The notes under the pieces were generated by a model. That model had not been told where the DNA came from, ran no database searches, and worked only from the letters and a program-made list of their open reading frames with translations. A program made the position numbers and the translations under genes. A stretch of 56,383 nucleotides of DNA, counting the filler, from Basidiobolus ranarum (taxonomy: Eukaryota): the NCBI GenBank assembly GCA_040143965.1. It is 4 parts of 4 records of this genome, joined end to end, with 100 filler letters (N's around TTAATTAATTAA, not from the genome) between each part and the next. Parts side by side here need not be neighbours in the genome. Positions count along the whole stretch, not along the records: positions 1 to 14,054 come from JASJQH010000444.1; 3 more parts are not named here. One strand, given 5' to 3'. Below, one piece after another: positions 1 through 11,967 of the stretch (position 1 is the first letter of the stretch; each line of letters begins with the position of its first letter).

Positions 1-176
1 TGTTGGACTGGGATCCTTCAGGTAAGATTGGACCCAAGAACCCTCTTCCTGATATGATCACTGTTTTGGAGCCTAAAGAAGAGGCCGCCATTACCGAACC
101 TATCTCTGAGGATTTCCAAAAGAAGGTTGAGGCCCCTGTTGCTGAAGAGGCTACCGCTCCTGCCGTAGAAGCTTAA
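1..176 (+). CDS. RPS3: 40S ribosomal protein S3 (uS3), C-terminal fragment
   Basis: Frame from base 3 reads [27 protein letters not shown]...VEA* (TAA 174-176), matching the eukaryotic RPS3 C-terminus. The 5' part lies outside the window. Confidence 0.9.
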   Translation, partial: LDWDPSGKIGPKNPLPDMITVLEPKEEAAITEPISEDFQKKVEAPVAEEATAPAVEA

Positions 177-623
177 GTTTACCTGGTTCTATACCCAAAC
201 CTAAACCTCAACCCTTTGAATTTTACCAAGTCACATTTCGGCAATGCTACATTATTAAGAGACAACCATTTTGTGATTTTCGATGATCATTTAGATAATA
301 AAGCATCATCTTTTACTTTGCAATTTGTTCAAATCAAATAGACTAAACAAATAATTATGTCAATGAACGTGAAGATTTGAAGAACTAAGTCAATCAATTA
401 TTTCATTGGATATATTGCATACTGAAGCTGTTTGTGTATAGAGCGACCACACAGTAAAAATAGTGTTGAACATTCAATTTACCAGCCAAATCATTTGAAT
501 GTTGCAATGGTTTAGGATAGGTGACATTGAAAACCCCCTAACCCTCAATATCCAAATATTAAATATTATTCCCCGTCACAAAATTGAAAATCGAATAAAA
601 AACAATATTTCTTTCCATCACAA

Positions 624-631
624 CACGTGAC
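624..631 (+). promoter_or_regulatory. E-box CACGTGAC (Cbf1-type) in the RPL32 promoter, with a telobox-like CCCCTAACCCT at about 536-546
   Basis: Exact motif seen. The reverse complement GTCACGTG lies upstream of RPS16 at 3691-3698. Function is inferred. Confidence 0.45.
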
Positions 632-843
632 AAGGAAGAATTTCCAATTTTATGAATCTCAATAAAAGTTATGACAGAAAAGAAGGATCACTCTTTCTCT
701 TCCGGAAATCCATCTGTCTTAGTGAGCAAGGTATGACTGATTCCCATCCATCATGTTGGACTATACATACATTCAAAAATACCACGAGCGTATTGATACT
801 TACTCGAATAGTGCCCTAATTGACAAATTGTTTCTTCTATAGA

Positions 844-1242
844 ATGGTCTCCTCTACTAACAAGGTCGCTATCATCAAGAAGCGCACTAAGCCCTTCAAG
901 CGTCATCAATCTGACCGCTACAAGACCGTCAAGGAGGCTTGGAGAAAGCCCAAGGGTATTGATAATCGTGTCCGTCGTAGATTCAAGGGACAAATCCCTA
1001 TGCCCAGCATTGGTTATGGATCTAACAAGAAGACCCGTAACTTGATGCCCAACGGTTTCAAGAAATTCCTCGTCTCCAACGTCCAGGAATTAGAAGTTTT
1101 GTTGATGCATAACCGTACCTATGCCGCTGAGATCGCTCACAACGTCAGCTCCAAGAACCGTATCGCCATTGTTGAACGTGCTCAACAATTGAACGTTAAG
1201 GTTACCAACGCTAACGCTCGTCTTCGTACTCAAGAAAACTAA
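844..1242 (+). CDS. RPL32: 60S ribosomal protein L32 (eL32)
   Basis: [26 protein letters not shown]...[17 protein letters not shown]. True ATG at 844, preceded by a 5'UTR intron 731-842 (GTATGA...TAG). Confidence 0.97.
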   Translation: MVSSTNKVAIIKKRTKPFKRHQSDRYKTVKEAWRKPKGIDNRVRRRFKGQIPMPSIGYGSNKKTRNLMPNGFKKFLVSNVQELEVLLMHNRTYAAEIAHNVSSKNRIAIVERAQQLNVKVTNANARLRTQEN

Positions 1243-1755
1243 ATTTTCATTTAGTATATTAATTATGAAGATAAAGTTCTCTTTGTCCTATCAAATAAAT
1301 TCCTCTTTTCCTACTCTATGAGCAATATCTTTTTTTGATCTTTACGAGTGTAGCTAAGTACTGTTCAAACCTAACCCTGTCTGAATATTAATTTAGTTAA
1401 ATACCATTTTAACAATATTTTACACACATGCTGTTTAGCGATTTTTGGTGGAATTGTAGCATTGAAAGCCAATAATTAAACTAACGTGACTGTTTTCATT
1501 TAAAACACCATTTCATTTGAATATTGAAGATGCTTGATGACCAATTTATACTTCAATACTTGGGTGTTTCATTGAGCATTTGCAAGGAACACCAAAGTCA
1601 TGGACCATCGTCTCCTTACTTGGAATCAATTTATATAACACACGGACTAAGTGTGAATGTGAAGTAGAAATATTATCAAGACATTTTTAAGGAATATGGT
1701 TGCATATTTATTAATGTATATTGCATGAAGTATCAAAATGGAGTAACTTCTAAGT

Positions 1756-2451
1756 TTACTTCTTGACTTTTTGAGCTTCTTCTTCGGCCTTAAGTTTGGC
1801 ACGCTTTTCACGGATACCACGGTAACGTTGTTCGGAACGAACGTTACGAAGGGTAGCGTAAGCACTGGTGTTCTTCTCCTCCTCGGTAATCTTACGGGCC
1901 TTCTCCTTGGAGTAGACTTGGGTAACGGGCATGAGAGCAGAAGTAAGTTGCTTAGCCTCGGAGAGCTCAGCAGATTCACTGTCACCCTTCTTGGCCTTGC
2001 CAGCCTTCTTGGGGAAGACAATAAGCTTAGCCTTGTAAGCCTTAAGACGTTGAACGTTCAAGTTCAAGGACTCATCAGACTTGTTACGACGACGGTGGTC
2101 GACAGAGACACCAATGGTGAGAGCCTCCTTACGTCTAATACCGGCTTCCTAATAACCAAACATGAATATTAATATTTGGGTCAAGTGGAATGATTCAAAA
2201 CGTGGACATACCTTGAGTTCTTCCAAAGTGAAACCCTTACCAGCTCTCAACTTGGTGTTGTACTTGATGGTAGGGCATCTAACGGCAGGACGAAGAAGAC
2301 CATCAACGGGACGTGGGGCAATACGAGCAGCCTTTTGAACACGATTAAGTCTTCTACGCTTCTTACGACCGGCTTGATCAAACCAAGTCTTGACACGTAA
2401 TTGCCAATCCTTGCGGAAATGGTTGTTGGGCAACTGATTGTTGTGCTTCAT
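1756..2451 (-). CDS. RPL13: 60S ribosomal protein L13 (eL13), 2 coding exons (2451-2212, 2148-1756)
   Basis: [26 protein letters not shown]...[34 protein letters not shown] intron 2149-2211; 5'UTR intron 2455-2544. Confidence 0.97.
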
Positions 2452-3016
2452 CTTCTAAAAATCAAATATCAAGTCAAGGAAATACTAACAATGATGATTG
2501 TAAATGTTTAGTTTCGATGGATGTAATAACTTTCAAAAGGATACGGTTTGTTATGGCAACAAGAACCTAAAGGAAAGAGAAAGAGTATTGTCTTCTGTGG
2601 AAAATAATTTATAAGAGAACTTTATTGGAATATTTTGTAAATAAATTTTATCGAAAATTGTATACTTTGATCGTATAAGAAGTGTTCTATAAAAATCTCG
2701 AAATCTATCCAATGATTGGTGACATATCGTTCCTGATCACAACTCTAAATCTCGATAATTTACTAATAAAGATGGGATTTTTTCAGGTATATTATTACAG
2801 GGAATTTATTCAATTTGTATAATTTAATCCAATAACTTACATGATTAATCAATAAGTATGGCACATCCACACGCACAATGTATAATTCAAAATTGGGAAT
2901 AAATATGGAGTATTTTGTTCTTAATAAAAAGTTTATTGTATTTCAGTAGAATCTCGAGTTTGGTGTAATAGAGACGAAAAGGATTACCGATAATTTCAAC
3001 AGAAAACTGTTGATGC

Positions 3017-3501
3017 TTAACGGTAAGACTTTTGGTATCTGGCACGAGCACCAGGACCTCCGAATTTCTTAGGTTCGCAGCGTCTAGGATCAGCGACGAG
3101 TAAAGTTCTGTCGTAGGCGATGAGTTTCTCCTTGATCTCCTTCTTGGAGGCTTCATCAACAAACTTTTGATAGAAGGCAACGATGGCCTTAGCGATAGCT
3201 TGACGAATAGCATAGATTTGAGAAGTGTGACCACCACCACGGACACGAACTCTGATATCGACATCAGCAAATTTGTCTTCACCAAGGATAAGAATAGGCT
3301 CGTAAACCTTGAACTTGAGGATTTCAGGTTCAACAAGCTCGATGGGGGAACCGTTAATACGGATCATACCCTTTCCACGCTTGCAGAAAGCAACAGCAGT
3401 AGCGGTTTTCTAAATTCAACCAAACATCAGTACATGTGTTATTGTTTCTTCATAGTGACTACATCACCAACCTTACGACCGAAAGTTTGGACAGCCTCCA
3501 T
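3017..3501 (-). CDS. RPS16: 40S ribosomal protein S16 (uS9), 2 coding exons (3501-3472, 3409-3017)
   Basis: [24 protein letters not shown]...[13 protein letters not shown]...[17 protein letters not shown]. Intron 3410-3471; 5'UTR intron 3505-3579. Confidence 0.97.
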
Positions 3502-4014
3502 ATTCTAAGACTTCAAAGTTTCAACATAATTGTGTTAGATAATATTTCGATGGATGTATTGGTGAGTCAATTGATATACCTTGTCTACAAATGTGGTTGA
3601 ACCGAGTTCAGAAGAGAAAGAACAATCCTAACACATAGCAACACTTTTGTTCCCAATTCCCAAACTTTTTGCAATGAACTCTCGATCCGAGTCACGTGGT
3701 GTGGAAAAGATTTTCTTACTAACAAATGAACATGAAAAAAAGCGTGATTGTGAATGATCACGAATGGAGAATATCATGCGTATCGCTAATAATAATAAAA
3801 AATGTATGGTAGACCACTAGATATGATCTTTTGCTCAGGTCCAGTGTTCGAATTCAATCCCCATGGAAATTTCTGCTTGATGGCTAACTCAGTTTAATGA
3901 TAAATGGATGTCTTTTATGGTTTGAATTTGGGACTATTCTTTGTCACTCATCAGAGTGTGAAGAACAAGGCTTTTATATAAAATTCTGAAAGAATGGAGG
4001 GAGGGTGAGTATTT

Positions 4015-5608
4015 TCATGACAACAAATAGAGAATGAGTATCATAGAACAAATCATGGTGAAGAAGCCAAGTATGTATTGAACTATTAATATTGAAGCAA
4101 TCTCTTTGGCTTCCCCAGTGGGGCTGTAAAATTGAGTTAATACCATAACTGTGGTGGCGGTTGGTACACATGATGCAAACATTGCTAGGAAGATTAGTGG
4201 TTTATCTGCTGGATCGATGATTTTCGCTACATTCACCAGTAACAGGACGAATGAAATGCCAATCGCTGGTGTCACTATCAATTTTACTAAAGCAAATAGA
4301 AATGAAACTCGGAAGGGTATTGCTTTGAAGTCCATTCGGGCCAAAGCGGCTCCTAAGTTCACTAAAGCTAAAGGAACATACGCTGCACCGACAGAATAAA
4401 CATAAGAGAACATGAACTCAAGTGCTGGCTCTGGCGCAGGATGTCCTGATCTAACAAAAAGTGCCTTGAGAGTTGGAATCAAAGCTACAATGATCCCTAG
4501 AATAACTGCTAGATTAGGTGGAGCGAAAATTAGACCCAATAAACTCTTCACTCTTCTACGAAATTTGGACCAATTCGTAGGTTCCGGAAGAACCTGGATT
4601 TGCAGATAATCATATTCCTTGTCAGTCATGCTTAGCTCAGAAACTGTAGTGACGCATCGGGCAGTATCATATGGGTTTTCTGACTCTACCGCTTGTTCAG
4701 TCATTATTCCTTCATCAACACTTACTGGAGGTTTGCCAGTTTCTTGCTGGTAGGGTTCTTTGTAGTCACTTTGAATTAGTTTGAACCCACCCATGATAAA
4801 TAGTGTCACATTGAACAGAACTAGAAACACCGATTGGTATGCAATCCCCCGGCTTCGATCTCCAGGTCGAAATGGCGGTGAATCTCCTAGTGATATTATG
4901 ACTGCTAGAGGTATATCACCCTAATCACAGAGTTAGTAAGAGCATTGTTGAAAGTTGAGTCTGAGTAAGATGAAATTACCCAGTTTCCCCAAATCGCTGC
5001 GGCTATCAAATGGATCTATGAATAAGAGTTGGCGGTAACAATATAATAAATAATAGAAGCTTACCAATCATTCCGTTTCGAAAGTTACGAGGCAACGTGG
5101 TGAATATACGGAACAAAGAGCCAAAAAGAGCACCCAGAAATATATAGAAAAAGACCATCATAGCCATGATGCTAAAAATGCATACACACAAACAGAATCA
5201 GTCTCTATGTATTCAAGTCTCACTAACCAAGTAGCAAATAGTTACCCAAACTGGTAGAAATAATCGGTTCGGACGCTCTCGACCATGCTGACAAAAAGCA
5301 GACATGGAAGTATGTAATTAACTATTATCTGGAATCAAAATTAGTTTGAGAACGACAGTGTGTAGGTATGGAAAGCATAGCAAGTTACTTTTGAAAAGGA
5401 TTTCGCTATTATCGGTGTAATAAAGCCAATCTTGGCTAATATAAACCCAGCGGCTACAGGTAATAAATGTCGGTTAGGTCAAGGTAAGCGCAATGGTCGT
5501 TTGGGCAAGGTGCTCAAGGTACTAACCTACATTGAGTAGAATTTTTATGATGGGTTTGGCAGATGTCCAAATGATTTTTTTGATATCAAAGGACGCATCA
5601 TTACTCAT
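4015..5608 (-). CDS. Auxin efflux carrier / PILS / ECM3-like membrane transporter (multi-exon)
   Basis: Start MSNDASFDIKKIIWTSAKPIIKILL. Spliced motifs include PCLLFVSMV, WGNW|GDIPLAVI, GIAYQSVFL, GAAYVPLALVNLGA and CVPTATT, with multiple TM helices. Some exon borders are approximate. Confidence 0.85.
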
Positions 5609-5976
5609 GAATAGCTTCTATTATTCTAGATATTTTGACGAGGCTCGAGGTTGCTGAGAATTAGGAAGCGTGTATATTACAATGAGCAATGATCGTGGCC
5701 TGATTACAATGAACAATAATCGTGACTTGAAATGATCACGGCGCGCTTTTATAAACGTTGTAAAAGCAAACTTCTCCTTACTCGAAGCACAACCTCCCAT
5801 TTATATTGACAATGCACATCTTTCATTCCATGGAATAAGTAGCGTATGTTCCACTAACCCTAACCCTAAGAGTGTATGCTAGGCGTAGTGATTACTTCCA
5901 ACAAATTCATCTCAACTCCCTAATTAATGCGGTGGATTGCAGCTTTGTTACCTTCTGATATATAGGATTAGCTTAA

Positions 5977-6090
5977 GGGACAACTGTGCTTATTAAATCG
6001 CTTTCATTTCAATTGGGACAACTGCGCTTATTAAATCGCTTTCATTTCAATTGGGACAACTGCGCTTATTAAATCGCTTTCATTTCAATT
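5977..6090. repeat. 38-bp tandem repeat x3
   Basis: GGGACAACTG(C/T)GCTTATTAAATCGCTTTCATTTCAATT at 5977, 6015 and 6053, head-to-tail with no spacers. Confidence 0.95.
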
Positions 6091-6753
6091 GATTTGCGTA
6101 CATGGTTTACGACATGATTAGTACCTATCCCATAGCACGTAACATATCCATATTCCTAGTCCTAGTTCTATTCACGATAATGTAACTAACTATCTCTCAA
6201 CGTTATGTCAGGCTTTGGATGATCTACCGCCCCTTTTCCTCCACACACATATATAAATGGAAGCAAAAATATCAATACTGAAAGCGGATTGATATAGCTT
6301 GTTATTGATATCATGGAAGGGAGTCTTTATGTATGTGGGGTCGATCTATCAGAAAGACTATGATGTCGTTGAAGCTTACTAATCGAAACTTACTACTGAC
6401 CGTTGCTTGTAATCAAATCCTAGGATTAACCAAAGTACACTAAACACATAAAACATTCCAATCAACACTTCAATGTTATCATTGTAATTGTATATTTGCC
6501 GCGTGTTTAGATGAAGATTGATGCGATCAGGGTTAGGGTTTGGTAATATTTCCTTTAATAGAAATGAGGACAATGGATAGTATTAGGGTTACCGCAACTA
6601 ACTAATGCTAAAGACTCTCACGTAAGATTACCTCAGAATTGATTGTTCCTAAAATAAAGGATGAGTTCACCAGCTATTGGACATTCACTAGTCATCGAAT
6701 GTGCCATAAATCACTGCACGAATTCACTAGTTATACATACAAGTAAATATAAA

Positions 6754-6840
6754 TATTATACCATCAACCCATATTATACCATCAACCCATATTTATTATA
6801 CCATCAACCCTCCGTACAATATAAATATTTCACCATCAAC
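6754..6840. repeat. Imperfect short tandem repeat (TATTATACCATCAACCC-like, about 4 copies)
   Basis: The ACCATCAAC core occurs four times in the promoter region of the 7080 gene. Confidence 0.8.
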
Positions 6841-7079
6841 TCTCCATGCCTTAAAACCACTCATTTCAAACCTGGAGATTTGTGTGATATCTGTTCCATA
6901 TTGTCAAACTTTCCGATTGATATCTAACAGAACATCTTTGTAACATTAGTTCTCTTTAACTATATATACGTGACAAGTTGTCCGAAGGAGATCCGAACCT
7001 TCTTTCTTTTTCGTCTGGAACGATTCAACGAGAAGTAGCCAAAGTTACAATATCTTCCCCTATTCTACTAATAATAGAC

Positions 7080-8094
7080 ATGTCCAAGAATATGAATGGT
7101 TCATCACCTTGCTCCACTCCACCACGTATCCATACTAATATAGAGGAGGTAGAGAAAACCATGAGAGGTGATTGCTTTCTTTTGTAACCCACCATTTTGC
7201 TAGTTGTTGACAGCTTTTTCTATAGATATGGACAGTAAATATAATACCCAATTCTACAGTTGGATTCGAAATAAGCGAAACATAGATTATATAGCGTACT
7301 ACCTCCAAAGGCTGATCGGAGAGATATCAGACACTCATTCCGAATCCATCCCATCTGCGATTAGATGGTTGGTCAATGGGTGGCCAGTACAGCAGATAGC
7401 AGAGCTCCTCATTAAATTGTTTTACCATTGGGGAATAGGACATACAAAGTTTGCCTCGTTGGTATCTGAAGTCACCAAAGACTGGTCAATCCCAAATGTG
7501 GTGGATTTGGTTGTCACTTTAGTGATAGGAGAAAGAGCGAGTAAGACTGCGAGATTCGTCAAATTTCTTACCAACAACTGGGAACCTAGAGCCGTTATCG
7601 AAGTGTTTAAACACCTGAGCTTACGGTTGAGATGGAGGGAGCGCTACTTGAAGCATTTCCTTGTACAATATTTGATATTGTGTGAAGAGGAACACCCTCA
7701 TCAACGTATAACCATACACCAGGTCCGTAGTCGCTTCGAATCCAAGAAGAACCGCTGGTGCGCCACAAATATAGAGAATGCACACACCATGTTTGTTCCT
7801 GCGGTAGAGTTCTCCATAGAGATCTTTGAAACTATTGTATGGGAAATGTATGAACTGCGTTACCTACAGAAATGGAATGTATCATGTCCTAAAGAAAAGA
7901 CCTCTAACGAAGAAAAAGCACGTTTCAATACCCTGAATGTTTCTACCATTTGCGAAAGTAATGGTTTGAGGATTGTCACCAATGGTGATCAGTTTGTGGA
8001 CTTGCGGACCCAATACATATTCGATAAGTTAACGTCTCCTCAGACTCCGGTTCATACGGATTTCTTGACTGGCTCAGGATTTAGCCAAATCTAA
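7080..8094 (+). CDS. Hypothetical protein (probable exons 7080-7148 and 7204-8094)
   Basis: 296-codon open frame, Trp-rich and helical. An in-frame phase-0 GT-AG intron 7149-7203 links it to ATG 7080. No family recognised. Confidence 0.7.
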
Positions 8095-8487
8095 ATCGCT
8101 CTCACTCTCACTCTCACCTGATCCTTGTCCTTGCTATGACCGGTATCTTTTACTATCAAATTTGTATTACCAAATGTCCTAATTTCCTGTAAAGTAGCTT
8201 CTTACTGTACATTCGTTCTCTGAGGGTTTATCAATAAAAGGTTTGTTGAAAAATAAGAGAATTCAATACCCGTTTAATACCTGTTTAATACATAATTCAC
8301 TTTACGCTGGTTTATCTTAATATGGACAATGTGTGAGATAAGGGGAGGGAATGGGGGGACGAGATCAGCAGGGAATAAAAAACCGAGTCAGGATTACTTA
8401 ATATTAAAATTAATTGCATGTACACTCATCGGGAAAGCAGTCAGTTGTACTATAATTATTTAATGGAAATTCAACCTTATGATTTCC

Positions 8488-9624
8488 TCAATACCGCTCA
8501 CCCGATCCTTTTGCTTCAAATATTTGATGATTGAGATAGAAAATATCCAGCCGTTGTTGGAACGCTTCTAGCTGTGCTACCCTGGAGTTAAGAGAGCGAT
8601 GGTCGGATCTTGAGGTGTTCTCATTGAAATTCTGTATACTCATGGGCATAGGCATGTCAAGGGTAACCTGGTTCTTTTCGTTGTCGGATTGCGTAAGATC
8701 TGAGCAGATTTTATCATTAATTCGCTCATATTTCGGTATAGTCAATACGGATTCGGATACTTGGGACAAAACTTGACGACGTAAAATGTATCGTTGAAAA
8801 ATCCCCCATGGTTGAACTCTTCCAACGCCAAATAAAATGTAGTACACTCCAGTGGCGAATGGTAGCGTTCCACCCATACTACTTAGCAAATCGAGCCAGG
8901 TATAGGCAGACTTCATTTTACGTGTCTGAGTAATCCATAAGTCATCGTTATTCACGGCATATTTTAGTGGAAGAATCATACCAGCATAGGGATAATTACT
9001 AAAAAATGCCAATGCTAGTGTTTGTGCTTGTGATGTATAGGCAGTCCACGAACGTCCCTGTAGATCCTGAGTTATTTCTTGGTCCAAGCCAATTCTGGAA
9101 TGTTTGCTGGGCTCCAAGCTTGTGACGTAGATGGTCTCGTTCATAGTAGCTGAAATAGCCGAGTTGACAGCTACTTGAGGATAGTACGGAAGCGTAGTCG
9201 AATTGGTAGATAAGGCAAATGCCATTGCAGATATCACTCGGAGATCTTTACCAGGAGTTGCTCCAAATCGAAGGTTCGTATAGGGTGTGACTATAAACGC
9301 TGTCATATTGCTATTAAGGTAGTTGGTGTTCTTTGCTATTGTCCCAATAGGCTGCAGACTGTTGGGATTACTTGGATAGAATCCACCAACCAGTAACTCC
9401 ACGCCCTCCAATTCACTGCTCATACCAGCAACGATGATGGTTGGTACATACATGTTGGAAGGAACTATTCCGTATTCATAACCGATGGGCGGATTGAGAG
9501 CTTTCTTCAACTGAGTCGTAGAGTAAGCTAACCATATGGCAAATATAAGTGCGCCGAATGTTTTACGTGCCATGATAAGAACCCCAGGTTCAAATTTCGA
9601 ACCTAATCGCATGCGTGGAGTCAT
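8488..9624 (-). CDS. Two-TM membrane protein with large extracellular loop (DEG/ENaC-like topology)
   Basis: 378-aa intronless ORF. TM1 is FGALIFAIWLAY, followed by an N-glycosylation-rich loop, then AYTWLDLLSSMGGTLPFATGVYYILFG and PWGIFQ. Confidence 0.75.
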   Translation of the reverse strand: MTPRMRLGSKFEPGVLIMARKTFGALIFAIWLAYSTTQLKKALNPPIGYEYGIVPSNMYVPTIIVAGMSSELEGVELLVGGFYPSNPNSLQPIGTIAKNTNYLNSNMTAFIVTPYTNLRFGATPGKDLRVISAMAFALSTNSTTLPYYPQVAVNSAISATMNETIYVTSLEPSKHSRIGLDQEITQDLQGRSWTAYTSQAQTLALAFFSNYPYAGMILPLKYAVNNDDLWITQTRKMKSAYTWLDLLSSMGGTLPFATGVYYILFGVGRVQPWGIFQRYILRRQVLSQVSESVLTIPKYERINDKICSDLTQSDNEKNQVTLDMPMPMSIQNFNENTSRSDHRSLNSRVAQLEAFQQRLDIFYLNHQIFEAKGSGERY

Positions 9625-10971
9625 AGTTCTCTGGACCTATACAATATGAGAGAGAATGCAGAAACTTAAAGTTAATGAGAATGAATAACTGCTGCGATAC
9701 TTATATAGCTGACTACAATAAGCAGCATCATCCAGAGTCTTATCTTAGGTTTCTCTCACAAGGCAAAGAAACAGGAGATATCAGGCTTTTTTCCAAAATA
9801 ATTTCATTTTGCAAATTTACAATTTAGCCACATCAAGACAATGACTTAGTATTGAACTATGCTTATTTTTTACTAACCTAACAGTAGGTATTCGGGGGTA
9901 CGCTTGGGTTTAATAAATATGTATTCAGCCTGTTGGTCAGGTATGCAAATTGGTTTCATCAATTCTCTAGTACATTCAAGGCTAGCGCAAATAAGCATAA
10001 AGGTCTAGATGTTAGGATTATTGGGTAAAAGCTCCTTAAACCATGGTATTATATAACTCATTTACGCTTATCAGCGATAGACATCAGCTGCAAAGGTCTA
10101 CTTCCTAGAGCGACGTCCAAGACCAGAAACGAATCATGTCTTGCTTTCGGGTCATGTTAACTGTTCGCAATGTATTGATGGTACTAACAGGTTCCAGGTA
10201 ATACATTGTCAGGCTCTTAACCTGACTCTTAAACTGACTTTTAACCCTGATTAACCAAAGACCTTAAGTCTCAGATTTCATTTGCCGGTGTTTTGCTGGT
10301 ATAAGCGGTAGTATTGGCATAGTGTTAGCATGTATGTATCATTGATTCATATGTACATGTAACCAATGGCACTCGAGAGTTTTGTTGCACAAGAATCGCA
10401 ATTGTATTTGATAATCTCCAAATCGCTTACCTAAAGCTCGTGTAAGAGCTAGCTTATTAAGATCGATGGCTAAGGTTAAGACTAGGAAAAAAGGTCAGGC
10501 CGGTGTCAAGTTGCCGGTGTTTTTCCCGAAGCTGTAGATTAAAGAGGTTAGGGTTAGGGTGCCGGTGTGGTGGCAGGGCGGTGCATGGATCGTATGGGAA
10601 CCAGATATGGTGAGGGGTTTCACAGTCACAGGCGCTAACAAATGAAACAAGTAGTTTCTTTTGCTATCAAGCTATGGCACATTATCCAAAATTTACGTCT
10701 TACTTTTGGCTAGATATGGAAATTGCCGAGACAGTCACTGGATTGTCCTGTCCAAGCTATCGATCAGACTTTGATAGGCACGTATAATACTTGGCCGTCG
10801 GAACGAATAAGCGGAATTATTGCGCAGATCAAGATGATAACACAGCTTTTAAATATGGATGATGATACTGATAAAGTTGCAAACATATAAATAAGCGCAG
10901 TGGTCAGGTTAAAGACATCATTTTCCATATATTTGATTGATGATTTCTGAGCAAATTCTTTTTCGCATACA

Positions 10972-11967
10972 ATGAGTCCTAAGCTAGAAATTCAGGTGGA
11001 ACAAGACAGATTCTACAAGAGCGTATTTGACGACGCCAACTCATTTTTCATACTCCGGGGTAAGGTGGTTCTCACTCCATCTTCAACCATGAAAGCACAA
11101 CACATATATCTCCGCTTTCTAGGCGAGTCTGTATTAAATAGAGCCATTCAAGCCTCTCGCAGTGCTCTATTTGAGCACAAGTGGGACTTCTCCCAAGGTA
11201 CTGGAACTCAGGTGTTCCAACCTAGGCCTTACTCGTTTACTTTTGAACTTGCTCTTCCTGTTGATTTACCCGAATCAGCTGAAGCAGACTACGCAAAGAT
11301 TCAATACGGTTTGAAAGTGACTGTGGAGACCCCAATTTTCTCGCCCAATATAACAGCCAGCAGAAGCATCTACATTCACAGAACAATAGACTCCCTTACG
11401 TCCGTGCCATATAACACACACCTCGAAGATACCTGGAGAAATATGGTGGATTACGAAATCGTGATTCCTAGTCCTGAATACATGCCCGGCGATACTATTC
11501 CCATCACTTTCAAACATCATGCACTTAACAGTCGCTGCAAAGTGATAAACATATGGGCAGGTTTGAGTGAGAAAACCCTATACAACAAATCTGGTGGAGA
11601 CGCAAGAGCTAACGGAGACATCGTTAAAAAAAGACTTCAAGTAAGAGGAGCGGCGATCACGAACTCGCTGGAAAGTTCTCTTTCGTTAAACATTTCCAAA
11701 TGTTGTAAAGAAGTGCATTTTGACTGCTGCACACCTTATATCGAAGTAACGCACATGCTTAACACTAGAATTGCGGTTGAACTGGATGGCGTGGTAAAAT
11801 GTATCAGCGCTGTACTTCCGATTCGCATTGTGCGTGATACTGGAAATAATTTCATTTCGCAGGAAGCAAATGGCGTTGAACAGTTGCCTAACTACTTCAC
11901 AGTAAAGTTCGACTGCCCGCCAGACTACTTCCATCATGTAGCCAACCTGACAGAAATGGAATCCTAA
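10972..11967 (+). CDS. Alpha-arrestin (arrestin N and C domains, PY motifs)
   Basis: LRGKVVL, YSFTFELALPVDLPES, IQYGLKVTV, YMPGDTIPI; C-terminal LPNY and PPDY motifs. Confidence 0.88.
   Translation: MSPKLEIQVEQDRFYKSVFDDANSFFILRGKVVLTPSSTMKAQHIYLRFLGESVLNRAIQASRSALFEHKWDFSQGTGTQVFQPRPYSFTFELALPVDLPESAEADYAKIQYGLKVTVETPIFSPNITASRSIYIHRTIDSLTSVPYNTHLEDTWRNMVDYEIVIPSPEYMPGDTIPITFKHHALNSRCKVINIWAGLSEKTLYNKSGGDARANGDIVKKRLQVRGAAITNSLESSLSLNISKCCKEVHFDCCTPYIEVTHMLNTRIAVELDGVVKCISAVLPIRIVRDTGNNFISQEANGVEQLPNYFTVKFDCPPDYFHHVANLTEMES

Noticed and set aside
1756-3501. Apparent echo of the bacterial L13-S9 operon
   Set aside because: RPS16 is uS9, but this L13 is eL13, which is not homologous to bacterial uL13.
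1647-3508. Overlapping or antisense ORFs over RP genes (likewise over SSC1, VMA8 and SDH1)
   Set aside because: Shadow ORFs caused by strong codon bias; no recognisable products.
3800-3870. B-box-like GGTCCAGTGTTCGAATTC suggesting a tRNA
   Set aside because: I could not fold a cloverleaf or find an acceptor stem.
5977-6090. 38-bp repeats of CRISPR-like length
   Set aside because: The units are directly adjacent with no spacers, there are no cas genes, and the context is eukaryotic. It is an ordinary minisatellite.
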